The position numbers and the translations under genes are program-made. From sequence record NC_024142.2: DNA of 64,000 nucleotides; one strand, written 5' to 3'. Within the stretch, counting starts at the first letter, position 1; every line of letters starts with the position of its first letter. Source of the stretch: Escherichia phage Bp4. Below, one piece after another: positions 40,170 through 50,753 of this stretch. The notes beneath the pieces are model-generated. The model did no database searches. It was not told where the DNA came from and was given only the letters and a program-made list of their open reading frames with translations.

Positions 40170-40700
40170 TTAGAAAATCAGATGGGAAGCTGCATAGTAC
40201 TCAATAGAGGGAAGAATCTTCTCATACTGTTTTATTGCCATAGGATCACCAGCAAGTGTCCAGGCTGCTTCACGAGTACGTGGCAGTTCCTTGTACTTAC
40301 CAGTCTGGTCCTGGGCTACCAGGCATTCAGGTAAAGCATCACGTACATCCTGATAGGACATACAACCACGAACCAGGCGATATACAGTCTGGTTCACAAG
40401 GTGTACTTCCATAATCAGGCGACTGGAGGCTTTCAGATACTTGTCCATTGCAGGCCAAAGTTCTGGATTAAGTGTTAATCGTTCACCGTAGGTTGGAGGT
40501 CTGGCAGCATTAGAACGCTGATAGAACTCCCCTTGATAAAGAAATCCAGCCGATATATCAATACCATTGATACGGTCGTTCTTATCAATGATACCGTTTA
40601 ACACACTATCAAGACGAACCAGTTCTGCTAAGAACAGGTGTTTGACTATCTCACTGCTATTGGCAACCTGACCAATAGTCGCTGAACCAATCTGAGGCAT
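40170..40700 (-). CDS. hypothetical protein
   Basis: 176-aa ORF upstream of DNA polymerase. Confidence 0.45.
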   Translation of the reverse strand: MPQIGSATIGQVANSSEIVKHLFLAELVRLDSVLNGIIDKNDRINGIDISAGFLYQGEFYQRSNAARPPTYGERLTLNPELWPAMDKYLKASSRLIMEVHLVNQTVYRLVRGCMSYQDVRDALPECLVAQDQTGKYKELPRTREAAWTLAGDPMAIKQYEKILPSIEYYAASHLIF

Positions 40701-40710
40701 ATATCCTCCC

Positions 40711-42021
40711 TTAGAAAGTTAGACCACCATACTTACTGGCAAGATTGCCATAAAACACTACTCGCTTACGGGCACGAGACACAGCGACGTAAAGCAGACG
40801 AGCAACCATATCCGGTTGGCGACAGCTTGAGAGGTCATCTGCATCAATGAAGATTGTGTCGTAAGTAGAGCCTTGTGATTTATGGACAGTACATGCATGA
40901 GTAGCACGTAGGTCTGGAATGGTTTCTTTAAGACGGAAGTAAGGTTCCCAGTTCTTCTCCTTACCTAGCCACTTAACCAAACGGTTGAAGTATTCTGGGT
41001 CGGTAGGTACTGGGACTTCACTTACAATACCACCATAGCCAAGGTCCAGAGTACTATCACGGACTTCCAGTTCCAGGTCACCTGTAACCTGAATCATGCG
41101 AGTACTGCTATCCTGGTCGATGAGTTTTACGTCTTGCTCGATAGACAGACGGTCTTCCACACCTAAGCGAACAGCAGAGTTAGAAACTAACTGTTCACCG
41201 ATGGAGTACTCACCCACGTAACCATTGGCTTCACGAATGTAGTTATTGTAATTAATAACCTGGTCATTTGTGTAAGCAACAATACGGCTGTTGGTGGGTT
41301 GAGTGAAGTGACTGAGAACCAGTTTCTCCATCTCTTCTCCCTGTACCCAGTCAATAATGCCTGGAATACACTTAATAGGCAGGAAACCTGTCTTACCTTC
41401 CACCGTATCACGTAATTGTTGGTTCAATGCTTTGAGTTCAGGTACATCGGTACGCATCTGTTCAGTCAGATAGTGTGTTGGGATATTACCTGCATATACC
41501 GGAGACTTATTCTCTTTAACAGGCAGAAGCTGAGAAGCATCACCTACGAATACCAGCTTACACTGGTGAGTACCTTCACGAGCATACTTAAGTAACTGAC
41601 GGTCAATCATGGATGCTTCGTCTACGAAGATGATTTTGTTCTTCTTAATATTGAATGATTTGGACGGTACGACATTAGCCTCACCAGTCTTAAAGTCATT
41701 CTTAACAATCAATCCCTGGAAGGAATGATAGGTAGATGTTGGACGCCCAGTAGCTTGAGCCAGAACTTCAGCAGCCTTGTTCGTGGTCGCAGTCATAACG
41801 ACTTCGTTATACAGGGGCTTGGTTCCCATAAGGGAGCAAGTTTCCATATATGCAGGCATAGTGTCATCAATGAGGTGCGACATCAGGAATGTCTTGCCAG
41901 TTCCCCCTGGGCCACTAATATTGAATTCGGTAGCATTAGGGTCGAGCAGGAAGTCGAAGAACTTCTTCGCAACCGCTTCTTGCCCCTTGTTCAGTGGGGC
42001 TTTGGTAGGTTTGGAAAACAT
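40711..42021 (-). CDS. DNA helicase (P-loop, Dda/RecD-like)
   Basis: Walker A GPGGTGKTF near N-terminus, 436 aa, helicase-like downstream motifs; adjacent to DNA polymerase. Confidence 0.65.
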   Translation of the reverse strand: MFSKPTKAPLNKGQEAVAKKFFDFLLDPNATEFNISGPGGTGKTFLMSHLIDDTMPAYMETCSLMGTKPLYNEVVMTATTNKAAEVLAQATGRPTSTYHSFQGLIVKNDFKTGEANVVPSKSFNIKKNKIIFVDEASMIDRQLLKYAREGTHQCKLVFVGDASQLLPVKENKSPVYAGNIPTHYLTEQMRTDVPELKALNQQLRDTVEGKTGFLPIKCIPGIIDWVQGEEMEKLVLSHFTQPTNSRIVAYTNDQVINYNNYIREANGYVGEYSIGEQLVSNSAVRLGVEDRLSIEQDVKLIDQDSSTRMIQVTGDLELEVRDSTLDLGYGGIVSEVPVPTDPEYFNRLVKWLGKEKNWEPYFRLKETIPDLRATHACTVHKSQGSTYDTIFIDADDLSSCRQPDMVARLLYVAVSRARKRVVFYGNLASKYGGLTF

Positions 42022-42054
42022 TAAAATCTCCAGTAAAAAACCCTCCGTAGAGGG

Positions 42055-42522
42055 TTAGATGTAAGGGGTTAAATCCGGGGGAGTGTAGTCTTTCCCTTTC
42101 ATAACTTTCTTATTCTCATTGAAGACAGGTTCACCATCTTCAAACTTAGAATAGTTTGAGCGATTGACTTCAGCCAATGCTCCAGGGACATTCATCCCAA
42201 GGAAAGTACCGACGCCAGTTGCTGTAACAATCTGGTCTGCCAGTGAATCCAGCAAAGCCAAGCGATTGCTATTTGCTGGGAAGATAGCCATGTGGTCTGC
42301 TTTCATCAGCAGAGATAATTTACCCAAAGCAGCCTGTGCATCGGCTAACACTTGCATACTATCCTCGCAGGATGGGGTCAACTCATCTAACATTTCACAT
42401 ACTTCTTCCAGATGACAACCAATCTGGGTACTAATGTTCTTACTTGTTGGATTTGCTACTGCTTTCCGGAACCAGGCTTCCGTATTTGCCAGCGTACAAA
42501 CGGATGAACTTGTCATGCTCAC
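42055..42522 (-). CDS. hypothetical protein (possible MazG-like NTP pyrophosphohydrolase)
   Basis: 155-aa ORF; EEVCEMLDEL resembles the MazG/HisE EExxEL motif; weak. Confidence 0.35.
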   Translation of the reverse strand: MSMTSSSVCTLANTEAWFRKAVANPTSKNISTQIGCHLEEVCEMLDELTPSCEDSMQVLADAQAALGKLSLLMKADHMAIFPANSNRLALLDSLADQIVTATGVGTFLGMNVPGALAEVNRSNYSKFEDGEPVFNENKKVMKGKDYTPPDLTPYI

Positions 42523-42835
42523 TCTCTTGGTTAAGGTGGCGATTATTATATGCCTCCAGAATCAAGTCTCTTACATATGAGCGAATCTCATAAGCAGGAC
42601 CAACTTGTTCTGACAGCCAATCAGCCACATGGGTTGGTAAAGGTCGTAATACGTTTTCCATGAACGTCCGACGTGTGTCGGCTGGTTCAATGTTTAGAGA
42701 ACGCAATCGCAAAGTGACTGTGGTTGGGTGAACCCCCAACGTCTTAGCGATAGTTGCGAGGGACAGACCAACAGCATTCATACGAATGATGTCTTCATCA
42801 GTTGCTTTGCGATTACTTCTGAATACTTTAGACAT
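42440..42835 (-). CDS. helix-turn-helix DNA-binding protein
   Basis: HTH-like segment GLSLATIAKTLGVHPTTVTLRL; 131 aa. Confidence 0.5.
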   Translation of the reverse strand: MSKVFRSNRKATDEDIIRMNAVGLSLATIAKTLGVHPTTVTLRLRSLNIEPADTRRTFMENVLRPLPTHVADWLSEQVGPAYEIRSYVRDLILEAYNNRHLNQESEHDKFIRLYAGKYGSLVPESSSKSNK

Positions 42836-42897
42836 AGCTTATTTCCTCTTCAAAGATAGCCTCACTTTATTATAAGTGAGGCTATTTGAACAGGCTA

Positions 42898-44946
42898 TTA
42901 CTTAAGGTGGTGCTTCAGCTTATCAATGGCTTTGCACTCTTCTTCAGTAAGACCCATAGCAGCATAAGACTTCTTAGCTGCATGTTTCAGGTCATGAATG
43001 GAGTGGGCTTTCTGATAATCAGACATACCACTATCTGCTAGATAACCTCTGATGATGTTGGCATTAGTACTATTAATAGCAGGCTTAGATTTAGTAGGTT
43101 TAACTGTCTTATCCTGCTTAACAGCTTTAGGTTTACCAATAGGCTTAGCTGTATAGGTAGCACGTACATCAGCAATCTTAGCTACTACATCATTACCCAC
43201 ATCGAATGCAGCCCAAGGCTTACGAGCTTTACCACGCAGTTCTACCAGAAGGTCAGCAGCAGCTAACTTATCTTCTGGGGTTGTTGCAGTAAGGAACTCT
43301 TTGACCAGTTCCTGGATTTGTTCTTTCACAGTAGGAGCCTTCTTAATAACAGGTTTAAGGTCAGTAGCCTTCACTGGTTCAGCAGCTACAGCTTCATTCA
43401 GTGACTCTTCCATGTTCAGTGCTTCTTTGCTAGCAACTGTACGGAATTGTTCTACAGAACCAGATGTGAGATTAGTGTATTTGAGGTTAGTACCATAATG
43501 ACCCCCAACCATAATAAGTGTGGTAGGTGAGCTATGGTTCCCAACGATGGCATCATTAAGCAATTTCTTACCTACTTCTGTCTTAGACAGGTAGATACCA
43601 TTATTAACATTATTACGTTCCTCTTCCGGTAGTTCAGCAATAATATGATATGCAGATACACGCATTTTATTGGTGCTGTACTGAGGAACAGCAAATACAT
43701 CTTCCGGTGCTACTTTACCAAGGATGGTCACATTACCACCGAAGCCACGTAGATAGCTCATGGATGCTACGTGCAGACCGTTAGAGCAATCCTGACGACG
43801 GTCAGGGTCTACCAGGTCTTCACGTACCTGCACTTTACAGCCTACCCATTGACGAATGTTACCCGAGTGACAGTCAACGAATACACGTTTACCGTTTTCT
43901 ATACCACTAGACTTAAGGCGTTTGAGGAACAGGATTGAACCATCATCGGCAATAGGCAGTTCAGCAGTTTCCATGAACTTCATCAGGTCTTCTACTGAGT
44001 GCAGACGGTCTTTAATAACCGGAGCCAGACGTTCAAGGAACTTAGTAAAGCCCTTGTAGTCTTTCAGCTTGGCAGACTGACGTAAGTGACGTTGCAGGTT
44101 CTCAACTCCGGGGATAACCCCATTGTTGGTAACAGCAACAACCACTTCATCTTCCTTCACATCGGTGTGGAAGTTAGCGTTATCAGTACTAATAGCACCC
44201 AATGCAGCTAGTTTCTCCGAGGCAGCAGCCAGCTTATCCTGGTTCGTAACTTTAGTTACTTCAATGTAAGGTGGTGGGGTATGTTTACGACTGGTGAATA
44301 CAACATGAACCCCTTTGATGTGTTCGGCTTGTTTAGCAAACTCACCCATTTCATCATCAGATACTGCACGAACTGCAACAGGCCATTCTTGTTTGAGCAT
44401 GGTGTTAGTATGTTCATACCCACAACCCATTACGTCGTTAATAAAACGAACCAGTGCAGGATGGTTATGGTCTTTGTCCCAGCCAGTAACCCACATCAGG
44501 TTGTCACGTTTGTCGTAATAACCATCTGTTACAGTTACTTCTGGTTCATTAGCCTGTACAGCCAGGAAGGTATCCATAGCTTTAGACACTAATGTTTTGG
44601 TTGGATTGCCTAGCTTAATATCAGAAATGATACGGTCAGGTTGAGTACCTGTACCATCCTGGAAGAACTCTTTCAGTTTAGCTTTAGCTACCTTGAAGAA
44701 ACGGACGAATCCGTTAGTGTTCTTCTCTGCTTCCAGATATTCAGTACGCAGGTTTACTTCTGGTGCAATGTTTACTTCTATCTGGTCTTTGGTAGTTCCC
44801 AGACCTTTGGTTTGTGCTTCAGATACAATACGAGCAACCCGTGGGTCGCTCTGAGGATATACAATCGTGGAGCCATCAGGCTTCCACAGTGTAAGGTTAC
44901 GACTGTCAACTGCCAGTGCGATGATAGAAATCAGTTCGATTTTCAT
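42898..44946 (-). CDS. large hypothetical protein (possibly rIIB-like by position)
   Basis: 682-aa ORF immediately downstream of the rIIA-like gene; no motif recognised. Confidence 0.4.
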   Translation of the reverse strand: MKIELISIIALAVDSRNLTLWKPDGSTIVYPQSDPRVARIVSEAQTKGLGTTKDQIEVNIAPEVNLRTEYLEAEKNTNGFVRFFKVAKAKLKEFFQDGTGTQPDRIISDIKLGNPTKTLVSKAMDTFLAVQANEPEVTVTDGYYDKRDNLMWVTGWDKDHNHPALVRFINDVMGCGYEHTNTMLKQEWPVAVRAVSDDEMGEFAKQAEHIKGVHVVFTSRKHTPPPYIEVTKVTNQDKLAAASEKLAALGAISTDNANFHTDVKEDEVVVAVTNNGVIPGVENLQRHLRQSAKLKDYKGFTKFLERLAPVIKDRLHSVEDLMKFMETAELPIADDGSILFLKRLKSSGIENGKRVFVDCHSGNIRQWVGCKVQVREDLVDPDRRQDCSNGLHVASMSYLRGFGGNVTILGKVAPEDVFAVPQYSTNKMRVSAYHIIAELPEEERNNVNNGIYLSKTEVGKKLLNDAIVGNHSSPTTLIMVGGHYGTNLKYTNLTSGSVEQFRTVASKEALNMEESLNEAVAAEPVKATDLKPVIKKAPTVKEQIQELVKEFLTATTPEDKLAAADLLVELRGKARKPWAAFDVGNDVVAKIADVRATYTAKPIGKPKAVKQDKTVKPTKSKPAINSTNANIIRGYLADSGMSDYQKAHSIHDLKHAAKKSYAAMGLTEEECKAIDKLKHHLK

Positions 44947-44950
44947 CAGA

Positions 44951-45196
44951 TTAGTTACCTTTCAGTTTATTTAGACGATTACGGTAGAGGGACTTAAACC
45001 CAGGAATATCCTCTGGATTCTTCTTAAGGTGTTTGACCAAACTACCTAAGTCCAGCGTCTGTAGGATGTCATTTTTATTCCAGCTATAACTGAATAATTC
45101 TTTGTAATCATTAAGTATTTTAAAGTACTTATGATTACGCGGATTAGTCATTATTGCATATGGCTCTAAGTCATCCACTGACTTAATACAACCCAT
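44951..45196 (-). CDS. hypothetical protein
   Basis: 81-aa ORF. Confidence 0.35.
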   Translation of the reverse strand: MGCIKSVDDLEPYAIMTNPRNHKYFKILNDYKELFSYSWNKNDILQTLDLGSLVKHLKKNPEDIPGFKSLYRNRLNKLKGN

Positions 45197-45297
45197 TTCA
45201 ACAAGTTTTTCTTTGTTGTCGTGTGGTCGATTCCGTAGAAAGTCATATGCCCATTCATATTCTGGTTTAAAAATCAGATTCTGTAATGGTTTGAAGG

Positions 45298-46680
45298 TTA
45301 GACCAGTATGTCTAGGATTTCCCAGTATTCCCTGTCATCCAGTCCTACGTATTCCAGAATACCAATACGGTGTTCAGTAACATATTTCTTGAAGCCTTTA
45401 CTGGTAATAACTGGCATCAGCTCCATAAAGCGAACATCATCAATGTGGATAGCACCTCTCCGTTTGGCCTTGTTAGCTTCGATTTGATTACGGCAGACAA
45501 CAGTCTCTGCTCTCATCTCATCAGATAACTCATACCATTTCCACATGGTTCCAATTCGAGCAGTTACTGGGCTACCTGAACCAACCTGATTGGCTAGTAC
45601 GTAGTACTTAGGTTGCTCTACTTCAACGAAACCAGACTTATCATGGCGACTTGGGTCTGCAAATTCCTTCTGAATATAAGGCTTTGGTTCCCAATCCCCA
45701 TTTTTATTCCGTATTTGGGTAGCACCAAGAACTGCATTCAATGAAATCAGAGAATTAGTTTTACCTCCTGCCTTGGTTTTATTGGCAGCGATTGTCTTAG
45801 ACCGTTTCTCAGCAGCTATCTTAGCTTTCTCTCTACGGAAGTTAGTTGGTTTGTCCCACTCATTATATTGAGTAAGGTCGATTACCCGATAACCCATAGC
45901 AGTGAACTTAGCCACAGCTTCTTCTGCTGCACCCTTCTTAGGTCCAACGACGTGAACAAAAGCTGTACGCTCCAGGTCACCTCGATCGTACTCAGGGAAG
46001 TACGAGAAAGAGTCTGCACAGTCAGACAAACGTCGGGTAACTACAACGTTTTTGGTAGTGAATATGCCAATACTTTGGTGGGAGTTATTGTATATCCTAA
46101 AGTAGTCAGTAAGTTTACCTTTTACCAAGTCAACACGGTTACCTTGATTCATTATGTAACCAGACCACTTAATACCAGAGGTTTTCAAAGCAGCCAGCTG
46201 AGGTAAGTGCAGATGGCGATATACTAATTCCGAGAATGGGGAGTATGTACTTTCTTCACGAGTATCCTTAAGAGCACGCATAGCCTTACCATACAGTTTC
46301 TTAAGACCTGCGTATTCAGGACGAGCTAATAATGCCTTATTGGATAAATTACGCCAGTGCTTGATGTAATGCTTACGTTGCTTAGCCCACAAACTAGAGG
46401 ACATATAGCGTTGAACAGTTCTGTCTGTAACAGCACCCAGGAATGATGGATACTCCCAGAAGCGAGTAGAGGATTTAGAAGCATATTCTTCAACCTGCTT
46501 AATGGCTTCAGGAATCTTAGCCTTAATCTCTTTCTCCATACGGTCTACTAAATCTACACATAGAGTAGTAATACCATCGTCGGTTAACTTCTGGTTAGAC
46601 AGCGTTTCTCGACTAGGAGCAATAGCTAAAGTGTCTGGTGCAGCCTGAACTACTAGATTAGAAGCACCAATAATATTCAT
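45298..46680 (-). CDS. rIIA-like protein, C-terminal part
   Basis: 460-aa ORF; its frame is open and protein-like for about 40 codons upstream of its ATG, overlapping the end of the GHKL-domain ORF. Confidence 0.5.
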   Translation of the reverse strand: MNIIGASNLVVQAAPDTLAIAPSRETLSNQKLTDDGITTLCVDLVDRMEKEIKAKIPEAIKQVEEYASKSSTRFWEYPSFLGAVTDRTVQRYMSSSLWAKQRKHYIKHWRNLSNKALLARPEYAGLKKLYGKAMRALKDTREESTYSPFSELVYRHLHLPQLAALKTSGIKWSGYIMNQGNRVDLVKGKLTDYFRIYNNSHQSIGIFTTKNVVVTRRLSDCADSFSYFPEYDRGDLERTAFVHVVGPKKGAAEEAVAKFTAMGYRVIDLTQYNEWDKPTNFRREKAKIAAEKRSKTIAANKTKAGGKTNSLISLNAVLGATQIRNKNGDWEPKPYIQKEFADPSRHDKSGFVEVEQPKYYVLANQVGSGSPVTARIGTMWKWYELSDEMRAETVVCRNQIEANKAKRRGAIHIDDVRFMELMPVITSKGFKKYVTEHRIGILEYVGLDDREYWEILDILV

Positions 46681-46697
46681 GAAGTTGAGGATAAGGC

Positions 46698-47516
46698 CTA
46701 CAGCTTCTTCACTAGCTGGGCTGGATACAATTGGTACATTACATTACCGTAGCGAACGTATATGTTACTGCTACCCATATAGCCTTGATACCATCTATCA
46801 GACATATCATATGAACCAGGTTCAAATGGCATGCCTAGTGTATCCAGTAGAGTGTAGTCGCCTTGTTGAATACTATTACTCTCGTCTGTTCTAATGAGTT
46901 TGGGAGTACTTAGCTCAGCTTTAATTTCACCGTTAAACACAATTGATTTGATGTAATGAATAAAGGTATTTAAATCATGTTTGCCTAACTGGAATTTAAC
47001 TTCCAGACCAGATTCCTCAGTAGGAATACCAGTAATAATAGGAACAATACCAGGCTTACCATCATTCTCAATTGCAGCCTTAGCTACGTTATATACCGAC
47101 ATCTTCCCCTGGTTCCATGAAGTAACCTGGAAGCTATCTGTATAAGCGAATGGAGATTTACATCCCAGACCAAAGCCACCAGTAGCACTACTGTTGGCTT
47201 TCTTAGTAGATGCACCATAGACACCATAAATGGAACCAATGAGTTCATCTGGAATACCACTACCGTAATCACGGAAGGTAATAAAGTTGTCTGTATCAAT
47301 GGTGATACGAATAGGGGTATCAGTTTTACCTGCCTCAATATGAGCATCCCAGCTGTTACATATAGTCTCACGAACTACTGCCAGAGTAGGATTGTTATAC
47401 AGGGAAGTACTTAATACATGGAAGAATGCCGGGTCATCAGAGATGCCAAAGGCAATTGTTTCTTTGCCACCCAGTGTCGCTGAGGTAGCTATTTCGTTGG
47501 TATCTGCAACTAACAT
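46698..47516 (-). CDS. rIIA-like protein, N-terminal GHKL ATPase-like domain
   Basis: GHKL boxes: ETICNSWDAH (N-box), FRDYGSGIPDE (G1), GGFGLGCKS (G2). Confidence 0.6.
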   Translation of the reverse strand: MLVADTNEIATSATLGGKETIAFGISDDPAFFHVLSTSLYNNPTLAVVRETICNSWDAHIEAGKTDTPIRITIDTDNFITFRDYGSGIPDELIGSIYGVYGASTKKANSSATGGFGLGCKSPFAYTDSFQVTSWNQGKMSVYNVAKAAIENDGKPGIVPIITGIPTEESGLEVKFQLGKHDLNTFIHYIKSIVFNGEIKAELSTPKLIRTDESNSIQQGDYTLLDTLGMPFEPGSYDMSDRWYQGYMGSSNIYVRYGNVMYQLYPAQLVKKL

Positions 47517-47543
47517 TTATTTACTCTCCAGATTAAATGTTGC

Positions 47544-47792
47544 TTACATTAGAACTTGTTTACACTTATCAAAAATAGCTTTACGAAGTTCAGCTTCTTC
47601 CCGTGGTTCATCATTAGGATGGTGACCTACAGGACTATTTTGAAAAGCATTCATTAGGAATAAGACCTGATACTCGGTTAAACCATTAATCTGAATGCTA
47701 TACGTTTTCTCTGAGGCGATATTTACATTAGCCATTGCGTTTACCTGCCATTGCTTGTAATACAAACACAGCCATATCTGATGCCATGTCAT
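47544..47792 (-). CDS. hypothetical protein
   Basis: 82-aa ORF. Confidence 0.35.
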   Translation of the reverse strand: MTWHQIWLCLYYKQWQVNAMANVNIASEKTYSIQINGLTEYQVLFLMNAFQNSPVGHHPNDEPREEAELRKAIFDKCKQVLM

Positions 47793-48102
47793 CTGTTATA
47801 TCGTTGACCGTTCCATATGGTAGTGGGCCGTTCTCTTCCCAGTTATCTAACGTGTTTTGTACTTCAGCTAAACCAGCCTGAATCATTTCCTTGCTTGGTT
47901 CCAGCCATAACTTACGTTCCTCTGCTAGTGCAGCGATGCATATGCATAGAGAGGCAATGTTAGCTGGACAAGCAGCAATATCACCAGTTACTGCAATCTC
48001 ACTGAGTGGGACAGCCTTACCGGTTTTACTATGAATTACTTCAGGGTTAATCATGAATTTGCTCCAGGTTATGGGCAGGAATAGGGAAGCATGGATAGTC
48101 AC
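47728..48102 (-). CDS. hypothetical protein
   Basis: 124-aa ORF. Confidence 0.35.
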   Translation of the reverse strand: MTIHASLFLPITWSKFMINPEVIHSKTGKAVPLSEIAVTGDIAACPANIASLCICIAALAEERKLWLEPSKEMIQAGLAEVQNTLDNWEENGPLPYGTVNDITDDMASDMAVFVLQAMAGKRNG

Positions 48103-48259
48103 CGGTAGGGTCCAGTGTTACTGACACATGCAGTGTATTTGTCATTTGGGTTAGCATCTGAGCAGCATTGAAATCATCCTGGATACAGGCATATACAATG
48201 TCGCCCTTCTCACCCTCACACATTACGGGTGTGTCTTTGATACGGTATTTAGCAGGCAT
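48047..48259 (-). CDS. hypothetical protein
   Basis: 70-aa ORF. Confidence 0.3.
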   Translation of the reverse strand: MPAKYRIKDTPVMCEGEKGDIVYACIQDDFNAAQMLTQMTNTLHVSVTLDPTGDYPCFPIPAHNLEQIHD

Positions 48260-48285
48260 ATGCCCTCCTGAAAGAGTTAATTGAA

Positions 48286-48313
48286 ACCAAAAAAGACCTC
48301 CCGGAGGAGGTCT
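48286..48313 (-). terminator. intrinsic terminator (minus-strand sense)
   Basis: 8-bp stem AGACCTCC/GGAGGTCT with loop CGGA, followed on the minus strand by TTTTTT. Confidence 0.55.
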
Positions 48314-48318
48314 TAGGT

Positions 48319-48573
48319 TTACTTACGATTTTGTTCTACAAATCGTATCATTTGTTTTTTCACTTCTTCTTGCTCACGAATTGCTTCGTAGTCACGAGCA
48401 AAGTAGTAAACACACCATAAACCAATCTCGCTTACAAAGAACAGAATACTAGCTCGAATGAACTGCATATCTGTTTCTACGACAAAGGCAACTTTGTATG
48501 CGTAGGTCAGTGTTAGTAGGGTACTAATTAGCATTGCGTATAGAGCTAGTTTTTCATTCAGTAATAGTCTCAC
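48319..48573 (-). CDS. small membrane protein
   Basis: 84 aa with two hydrophobic helices. Confidence 0.4.
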   Translation of the reverse strand: MRLLLNEKLALYAMLISTLLTLTYAYKVAFVVETDMQFIRASILFFVSEIGLWCVYYFARDYEAIREQEEVKKQMIRFVEQNRK

Positions 48574-49498
48574 CAGGAATTAATTTACGGAATTGGATAA
48601 AGTGGAGCAGGTTACCTGAGTACAGATTCCCTTCTTTATCCATGGATGTAACACCTTGTTCCCAGGTAACTGGGTTCATGTTATTCACATACTTCTCACC
48701 AAGGTTCATAGGCGTAGCTTGATGTTCCGTTGGGGAAGCATGAATAGGTTGGTTTTCCACTAACTTAGCAAATAAGCCAAGGTCTTCCTCAATAGTAGAG
48801 GGACGTCCCTCAAAGTTGTTATAGGAAGCACGAGCACAGCGTGCAGCACTTACCTTGAGAAGTAGTCCATGCACTTCTGCATCACTTGGTTCATCGCGTG
48901 TAATTCGATTACGTTTGCAGAAATTGTAAGCCCCAACACGGTCAATATGAGCAATATATGGCAAATGCCATTGCCCATACGGTAATGCTCTTGGTGTGCT
49001 TTCTTCGTGTGCCTTACGCATTGCTTGAGCCAGTTCACGAATCTCCGGTTGTGCATCTTTGTGGTCACGCAGTCCATAGAAATTAGCCCAGCTAGTTGAA
49101 GTTACCACTACACGGATATGTGTGAATGGTTCCAGAATACGGTTAACAATTTGCTTATGTACTTGCCCACGACGAAGGATTTCAGCATAGATAGCTGCAC
49201 TTGTGGCAGCTTGTTGCCATGCAAATGTAGCGTCTACAATCTCCAAAGGGGTGAGTTCTTCCTCTGCTTGCATACCTTTCTGGTTCTTACCCCAGTGACT
49301 TGGCATCACTGGTTCATTACGAACCTGTTCGATGAACTTAGCGGTAGGGATAGCACGACTACTTGAAGCATTGCGGTTGAATACACGGTGAGTCATAAAC
49401 TCACTGTGAATGAATCGGGGATAAACCAATTCAAAAGTTGTGATACGAGTTCCTGTTTCTGGATGAACGGAATCTGCAATTACTGATGCCTTAATCAT
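48554..49498 (-). CDS. thyX: flavin-dependent thymidylate synthase (ThyX)
   Basis: ThyX signature RHR-x7-S: FMTHRVFNRNASSSRAIP; 314 aa. Confidence 0.75.
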   Translation of the reverse strand: MIKASVIADSVHPETGTRITTFELVYPRFIHSEFMTHRVFNRNASSSRAIPTAKFIEQVRNEPVMPSHWGKNQKGMQAEEELTPLEIVDATFAWQQAATSAAIYAEILRRGQVHKQIVNRILEPFTHIRVVVTSTSWANFYGLRDHKDAQPEIRELAQAMRKAHEESTPRALPYGQWHLPYIAHIDRVGAYNFCKRNRITRDEPSDAEVHGLLLKVSAARCARASYNNFEGRPSTIEEDLGLFAKLVENQPIHASPTEHQATPMNLGEKYVNNMNPVTWEQGVTSMDKEGNLYSGNLLHFIQFRKLIPGETITE

Positions 49499-49941
49499 TA
49501 GAATGACCTTAGATAGTTGGTGATACCACTTCTCGTCTCTGTGATTCTCTTAACCTGAACATATACCAGCTTAAACTCACTACGAGGTAGTTCTTGTAAT
49601 ACTGCTACACCTTCAGTAAGAGCCACAGAACACGCTACAGCGGTTTCTTCTTTAAAGGAGTACAAGTCTTCATACATGAGGGCTTCATACTCTTTACGGA
49701 GCATACAGAGAGCATTTCTTGCTTTATCACTTACTTCTTGTGAACCAGCAGACATAGCTAAGCTGTATATGATAAAGACTTGTTCAAAAACAAAGTCCAG
49801 TAATCTATCAGGGTTGTTAGCCCCCATAAATAATTTTGTTGTGTAGGAACGAGCTTTACGGTTGAGTTCATACTCATCCTCTATGCCTTTATTATACAGA
49901 ACAGGATTTCGTTTCCTTTTTCTTAGGAATGGGATACGCAT
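49498..49941 (-). CDS. hypothetical protein
   Basis: 147-aa ORF; start overlaps upstream stop. Confidence 0.4.
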   Translation of the reverse strand: MRIPFLRKRKRNPVLYNKGIEDEYELNRKARSYTTKLFMGANNPDRLLDFVFEQVFIIYSLAMSAGSQEVSDKARNALCMLRKEYEALMYEDLYSFKEETAVACSVALTEGVAVLQELPRSEFKLVYVQVKRITETRSGITNYLRSF

Positions 49942-50321
49942 TAGTATTTACTACCTCTTCTATACCAGGGGTAGTGATGAGTAGTGCTCTTACCTTTGAA
50001 CACATCCTTGGTATAAGGATTCTTTTGTATTTGAGCCAAGTAAAGATGCATTTCGTCATAACACGGGCTAAGCCAGAACTTATCTATGATTCGGTCTACC
50101 TTAGATTTCAGATGGGGTTCTGGAGGAATGTATGAATGAAAAGGTCTGCTAGTAACCCATCCTTTCTGAACAAGAGCCTGCATTGTTGTGTAAAGATCTA
50201 ATTCAATTTCATTATCTACTTGATCATGTACAGCTTTACCTAAGGTGAGCATTGCAGTTTGTTCCAGCTTACCGAAGTCCAGTCCTTGTAGGATAGACTT
50301 ACCATTTCGTCTGTTTGACAT
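49941..50321 (-). CDS. hypothetical protein
   Basis: 126-aa ORF. Confidence 0.4.
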   Translation of the reverse strand: MSNRRNGKSILQGLDFGKLEQTAMLTLGKAVHDQVDNEIELDLYTTMQALVQKGWVTSRPFHSYIPPEPHLKSKVDRIIDKFWLSPCYDEMHLYLAQIQKNPYTKDVFKGKSTTHHYPWYRRGSKY

Positions 50322-50476
50322 AAGAGTACCTATAATTAAAAAAGCCCACGGGTTAGGTGGGCTTGGGTTAGGAGATGGATAAGCAATGAGCTGGAAGCAA
50401 CTTCCACAAGCATCACTATGTAATGATGCTTAGGTTAGTTACTCTGCTTTACTACCACCGTTGGTTTGTACAACAG

Positions 50477-50716
50477 TTACATTTGTAACCTGGTTCTGCC
50501 TTTGTTGGACAGTGACCAAATCAGTGCTACTACCCAGAATACCAGTGACCAGCCTAATACTATATTAAGCACGCCAATGCCCCACTTAGAGGCATGGCCT
50601 CGTGCAAAAGCAATGATAGTAGGGATAAGGTATACAGCTAATATAAACAACATAACAAGGATTGCTGCTAAAGATTCCATGATGGTTCCTATGTGGGGTT
50701 GAGTTAGTTTCTTCAC
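50477..50716 (-). CDS. small membrane protein
   Basis: 79 aa, two hydrophobic segments. Confidence 0.4.
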   Translation of the reverse strand: MKKLTQPHIGTIMESLAAILVMLFILAVYLIPTIIAFARGHASKWGIGVLNIVLGWSLVFWVVALIWSLSNKGRTRLQM

Positions 50717-50753
50717 AAATAGCCCAACAATGCTGGGCTATTTAGGCAGCTAC

